From contig JAQGDQ010001835.1 of assembly GCA_030141605.1 (NCBI GenBank), forward strand, positions 1-23,754: a DNA stretch of 23,754 bases. The letters run 5' to 3'. Under the pieces are notes generated by a model. That model was not told where the DNA came from and made no database searches. It worked only from the letters and a program-made list of their open reading frames with translations. Of this stretch, positions 19,356-23,754 are shown in pieces. Origin of the DNA: Tubiluchus corallicola. Taxonomy: Eukaryota > Animalia > Priapulida. Every line of letters starts with the position of its first letter. The first letter of the stretch is position 1. The position numbers and the translations under genes were made by a program.

Positions 19356-19723
19356 TGATACCTACGAGCTGCCTTACAAGAAAAAACTTGCTAGACTGAA
19401 CATGCTGTTAGTTCTGCTTAAATAGATACCATGTTAAGTAGTTACGTTTGTTATCAATATGGGCTGGTTTTAATTAAGTAGGATTGGACAGGACTGTGAC
19501 TGGATCAGATCGGATCAGCATGGATAAAATGGAGTGTAATGTGAGTTAATTGGAGGTGAGGTGAATGAGATCAATGAGTTTAATGAGGTTATATGAGGCT
19601 GAGGATAAAATACAGGACAATTAGTCGCTAGATTAAATTAAAGCAGAAACATGACGTGACATGACAAGGTCTTACGTTACGCTGCATTACATTGCATTAC
19701 GTTACACTACATTATCTACTTAC

Positions 19724-19803
19724 TTTTTTATTCTGTCAGGGAACAGGACGCCGGCCATCAAGCTCAACATGCCACCTAGTGATGAACCAACAGACGCATG
19801 CAA
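19724..19803 (-). CDS. cys2: Cys2/MetX-like acyltransferase exon with nucleophile elbow
   Basis: Acceptor ttttcag, donor AA|GTAAGT; LHASVGSSLGGMLSLMAGVLFPDRIK contains the G-x-S-x-G-G catalytic serine; 80 nt, phase 0 to 2; this frame is not in the ORF track. Confidence 0.9.
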
Positions 19804-21713
19804 CTGAAAATACACATACATTATTAGACAAGAATATCAACTTATGCAACCTTAAAAATATTAGTAACACACCACAAACACTTACAGTACAATCCGGAGA
19901 TTTTCCACCACCAAAAGTCATTAAATAAACTTTTTGTACATGAACATCAGCTGCAAAGTAATCTCAAAATTACTGCATAGTACAGTCAGGAAATCTTCTA
20001 CCACATCACAAACAGTTAATGAACTCATATAAACACCATGAAAAGCTGAACAGATAGATAGAGAGAGAGAATGGGTTAAAATAATGAAATTAAAGCAGAG
20101 CTACAAAAATATAGTAGCAACCTTTTTAGTAGATGCAAGAGACGAAAAAGACTTCAGCATTTGTTCATTTTCCTTTAAAGCTATTTTATCTAGCCGTACG
20201 ATTATCATTTTGCCAATAACTAATGGTCAGTAGTAATCACAGTTTTTTAAGCTGAAAGCCTTACTAATAGGGTAAACCCATTTGGACTTAGTAGTAGGAT
20301 AACTTTCAGCTTTTCCTGCGAAAATAATCCGAATCCTGTCCCAAAAAGGACCATCAAGATTGATTTTCCCGTGAAAGTAGAACTAGACATTCAGACAAAC
20401 AGACTCAAGTTCATTAATGTTCTACACATAGATAACTTAAATGATTCCAAAGAAATTCATCTATTTATACACTGTGTCAGCCTATCCAGCAGTTAACGAG
20501 AGGATTGGTTTCATGCAAATGGTGTAACAGGACGGGTACATAGTTCAAATTAAGGATTATTTTCTAAGATAAGACACTTGACTTGTCAGATGTGTTTTAC
20601 CCACGTTTTAAATAGAATCTTCAGCACAAAACTGACACGGTTAATCTAACGTTCAGTGATCAATTGACTAATGGCAACAGGAGCAAGGGTGTATTGAAAT
20701 ATTTATAATGGTTGATTGGGAAACAAGCGTTTGTGGCGTGTTAGCAAACGCGATATTGCCTTTACCGAGCAAACAGAACTGAGCTTGCAAACAAAGTTAC
20801 CTTAACATTAACGCAACACCGGACCCAATGTTAAACTGAAGGTCAAAACAATCTGCTCTTGAAAATATAGAAAGGAAACATTTCAAAAATGACTTACGTG
20901 AAAGAATTATTACCACATAAACACAATTTCACGTTTGCACCACTAGTTCTTTGCTGTTACATGAATTTCGCCATTTGCTAATTACATTGGCACTAGCGCC
21001 TGCATTTCGGAAAGTGCTGCACAAAAAACTGGAGCTGGACCTCTCAGTTCAGATGTGTTAGTTTGTGATGAACCACGCACATTCAACAGCTCATGCGTGA
21101 GTACAGTGGTAAGTTTGAAATTTGAATTTTTATCTTAAAATGTGCCTAATTTTAATACAACACATTGAATATCTCACAGTAGCGCTGTACTTCAATTTTC
21201 TCTTTCACAAACACGTGTAACACGCTCATGAATATTTTTGAATCTGTTAAAAATTACGTTAGTTTGTGATGTCATAAATAGTTGGGCCTCCCGTGAATTA
21301 AAATTTTAATCTATTATTTAATTATCAGAAATGCTTTTGCAGTAGTAATTGTGTTAAAATGTATACTTTGAAAGTACTTCAAAGTGGGGTAGTTGAAAGA
21401 AAAATCATCCTGTCTTCCTTTAAGCTAGAATGCATTAATGCATTATGCAATAAGCTGCCATGCGAGGACATTTATCACTGGAGCAAAAGAGGAGGTTTAT
21501 GCGCATTAGAGACGGCGAATGAGTAACAAAAGAGGACAGTCAGGTCACCTTGATGAAGGTACAATCATTCGAGCATTGAATGTGACGCATTTACGACTGA
21601 ATACGAATCAAATGAACTGTACAGGCTTAGAATGATTCTCTTGATTTGTTCAAAATAAACACAGAGTAAGTCTTTGCTGCCCTTTTCTAGGAAAGCTAGA
21701 CGCAGGAGAATAA

Positions 21714-21945
21714 ATAGTAATCGTAATAGTAGACGTAATAGTAATAGAGTCAAAGTAAAGGTAATAGTGATAATAATAATAATAATCATAATAGCAATAG
21801 TAAAAGTAATAGTAATAACAATAGTAATAGTAATAGTAATAGTAAAAATAATAGTAATGGTAATAGTAATAGTAACAGTAAGGGTAATAGTTAAAGTAAT
21901 AGTAATAGTAATAGTAATGGTAATAGTAACAGTAATGATAACAGT
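21714..21945. repeat. (AGTAAT)n/(AAT)n simple repeat
   Basis: Direct observation. Confidence 0.9.
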
Positions 21946-22016
21946 GGAGCTAAACAGAAAACAGAAGAACTAAAAAGGTGAATGCAACACAAACAACCGT
22001 GCAGTAAATTACATAC

Positions 22017-22103
22017 CTGGTCAATTTTGAGGTAGTCTAGAAGATGAAATTGTGCCTTGGTCAAGTCTTCAACACAGAGAATTGGAAACGTTGTTGCATA
22101 GGG
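22017..22103 (-). CDS. cys2: MetX-family acyltransferase (Cys2/CysA-like serine O-succinyltransferase), most 5' exon in window
   Basis: Acceptor tttttcag, donor CAG|GTATGT; PYATTFPILCVEDLTKAQFHLLDYLKIDQ fits the MetX-family FP...D...AQ..LLD.L.I segment; 87 nt, phase 0 to 0. Confidence 0.88.
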
Positions 22104-22141
22104 CTGAAAAATAGGAGCCATGTTATAATGTGAGGTGACCT

Positions 22142-22183
22142 AGTGTAGTAGTGGTAGTAGTGGTATTAGTGGTAGTAGTAGTG

Positions 22184-22272
<89 letters not shown>

Positions 22273-22408
22273 GGTAGTGGTGGCAGCAGTGGCTGTAGTG
22301 GCAGTAGTAGTAGTGGTAGTAGTGGTATTAGTAGTAGTAGCAGTAGCAGTAGTAGTAGTTGTTGTTGTCGTTGGTGGTGGTGGTGGTGGTGTTGTTGTTG
22401 TTATTGTT
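22142..22408. repeat. Compound (GTA)n/(GTG)n/(GTT)n trinucleotide microsatellite
   Basis: Direct observation; source of the poly-Thr and poly-Val ORFs. Confidence 0.93.
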
Positions 22409-22913
22409 TTCATGTCAAGTCACTGTTGCTGTCAAGGTTATTATTAGGTTCCTTTGCCTTTAATAGAGGTAATAACTTCTACAACAAAGACTGCTTTGAT
22501 TGGCTTGTCTTCGATATGCTTCGTATCATGTTTATCTTCGTAAGCACCGATTATACCCTGTTTACGGATTCCACCGAGAGATGGCACCACACTCCTGCGA
22601 AGTTTGCAAATTTACAATTACCGCGAAGCAAATTTGGCGAATTAAGGTCGCCTGCGCAAGATGCTTAGAAAGTTGATATAAATGTGGGACAAGAGGTCAG
22701 AGTTACCGTACCTGAATTGCAAAATTTGGTGAAGATTGAACGTAGCCTCTCTCCCCCACCTCCCCACATCCCAAATGTTCTCCCCGCTCGCTGTCACTAG
22801 GGATGGAAACTTCAAGAGCATTGAGTGACGTCTCGAAGGACTTTTGGATGCTCTTGTGACCTGCAGTTTTAGTAACTGCTTTTTTGAAAATGTTACAATG
22901 CAGTTTTTGTCTG

Positions 22914-23754
22914 TTTGCCTAGTTGCTGATGATACTACACTACTAGTTAGTTTGCCTAGTTGCTGATGATACTACACTACTAGTTAGTTTGCCTAGTGTT
23001 CAGCCAGAGCAGTTGCTGATGATACTACACTACTAGTTAGTTTGCCTAGTGTTCAGCCAGAGCATTTGCTGATGATACTACACTACTAGTTAGTTTGCCT
23101 AGTGTTCAGCCAGAGCATTTGCTGATGATACTACACTACTAGTTAGTTTGCCTAGTGTTCAGCCAGAGCATTTGCTGATGATACTACACTACTAGTTAGT
23201 TTGCCTAGTGTTCAGCCAGAGCATTTGCTGATGATACTACACTACTAGTTAGTTTGCCTAGTGTTCAGCCAGAGCAGTTGCTGATGATACTACACTACTA
23301 GTTAGTTTGCCTAGTGTTCAGCCAGAGCAGTTGCTGATGATACTACACTACTAGTTAGTTTGCCTAGTGTTCAGCCAGAGCAGTTGCTGATTATACTACA
23401 CTACTAGTTAGTTTGCCTAGTGTTCAGCCAGAGCATTTGCTGATGATACTACACTACTAGTTAGTTTGCCTAGTGTTCAGCCAGAGCATTTGCTGATGAT
23501 ACTACACTACTAGTTAGTTTGCCTAGTGTTCAGCCAGAGCATTTGCTGATGATACTACACTACTAGTTAGTTTGCCTAGTGTTCAGCCAGAGCATTTGCT
23601 GATGATACTACACTACTAGTTAGTTTGCCTAGTGTTTAGCCAGAGCATTTGCTGATGATACTACACTACTAGTTAGTTTGCCTAGTGTTCAGCCAGAGCA
23701 GTTGCTGATGATACTACACTACTAGTTAGTTTGCCTAGTGTTCAGCCAGAGCAG
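22914..23754. repeat. 53-bp tandem array, at least 15 copies, running off the window end
   Basis: Unit Kttgctgatgatactacactactagttagtttgcctagtgttcagccagagca; first unit shortened to 37 bp; nearly invariant apart from one G/T site. Confidence 0.96.

Noticed and set aside
21565-22447. Poly-Thr mucin-like, poly-Val and Ile/Val-rich ORFs
   Set aside because: Tri- and hexanucleotide microsatellites; only 22017-22103 is supported as coding.
22914-23754. CRISPR-like appearance of the regular 53-bp repeats (also the 78- and 110-bp arrays)
   Set aside because: Units are head-to-tail with no unique spacers, no cas genes are present, and the context is spliced eukaryotic genes.

Overview
AT-rich, intron-containing eukaryotic DNA, most likely an invertebrate animal; the species cannot be determined from the sequence. 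Two spliced genes lie on the minus strand. (1) The 3' seven coding exons of a MetX-family alpha/beta-hydrolase acyltransferase resembling fungal Cys2/CysA serine O-succinyltransferase (22103 to 14087; 5' exons are beyond the window). (2) Coding exons 1-5 of a DDI1/DDI2-type UBL-HDD-aspartyl protease (9641 to 4052); its remaining 3' exons are not in the window. Positions 1-3017 are an inverted, rearranged copy of both genes: 1-898 mirrors DDI1 5618-6539 and 894-3017 mirrors cys2-like 14550-16673, joined at an ACTGC microhomology. This is the junction expected from a circle or tandem duplication of the ~11 kb segment 5618-16673, and it places a DDI1 exon upstream of two cys2-like exons on the + strand. 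The rest is dense in intronic minisatellites (24, 46, 52, 53, ~60, 78 and 110 bp units), MITEs (hAT, PIF/Harbinger, possibly pogo-like), a decayed hAT transposase, a LINE RT fragment, and three short duplications that span splice sites. Most long ORFs in the supplied track are repeat artefacts. All alignments were done by eye.
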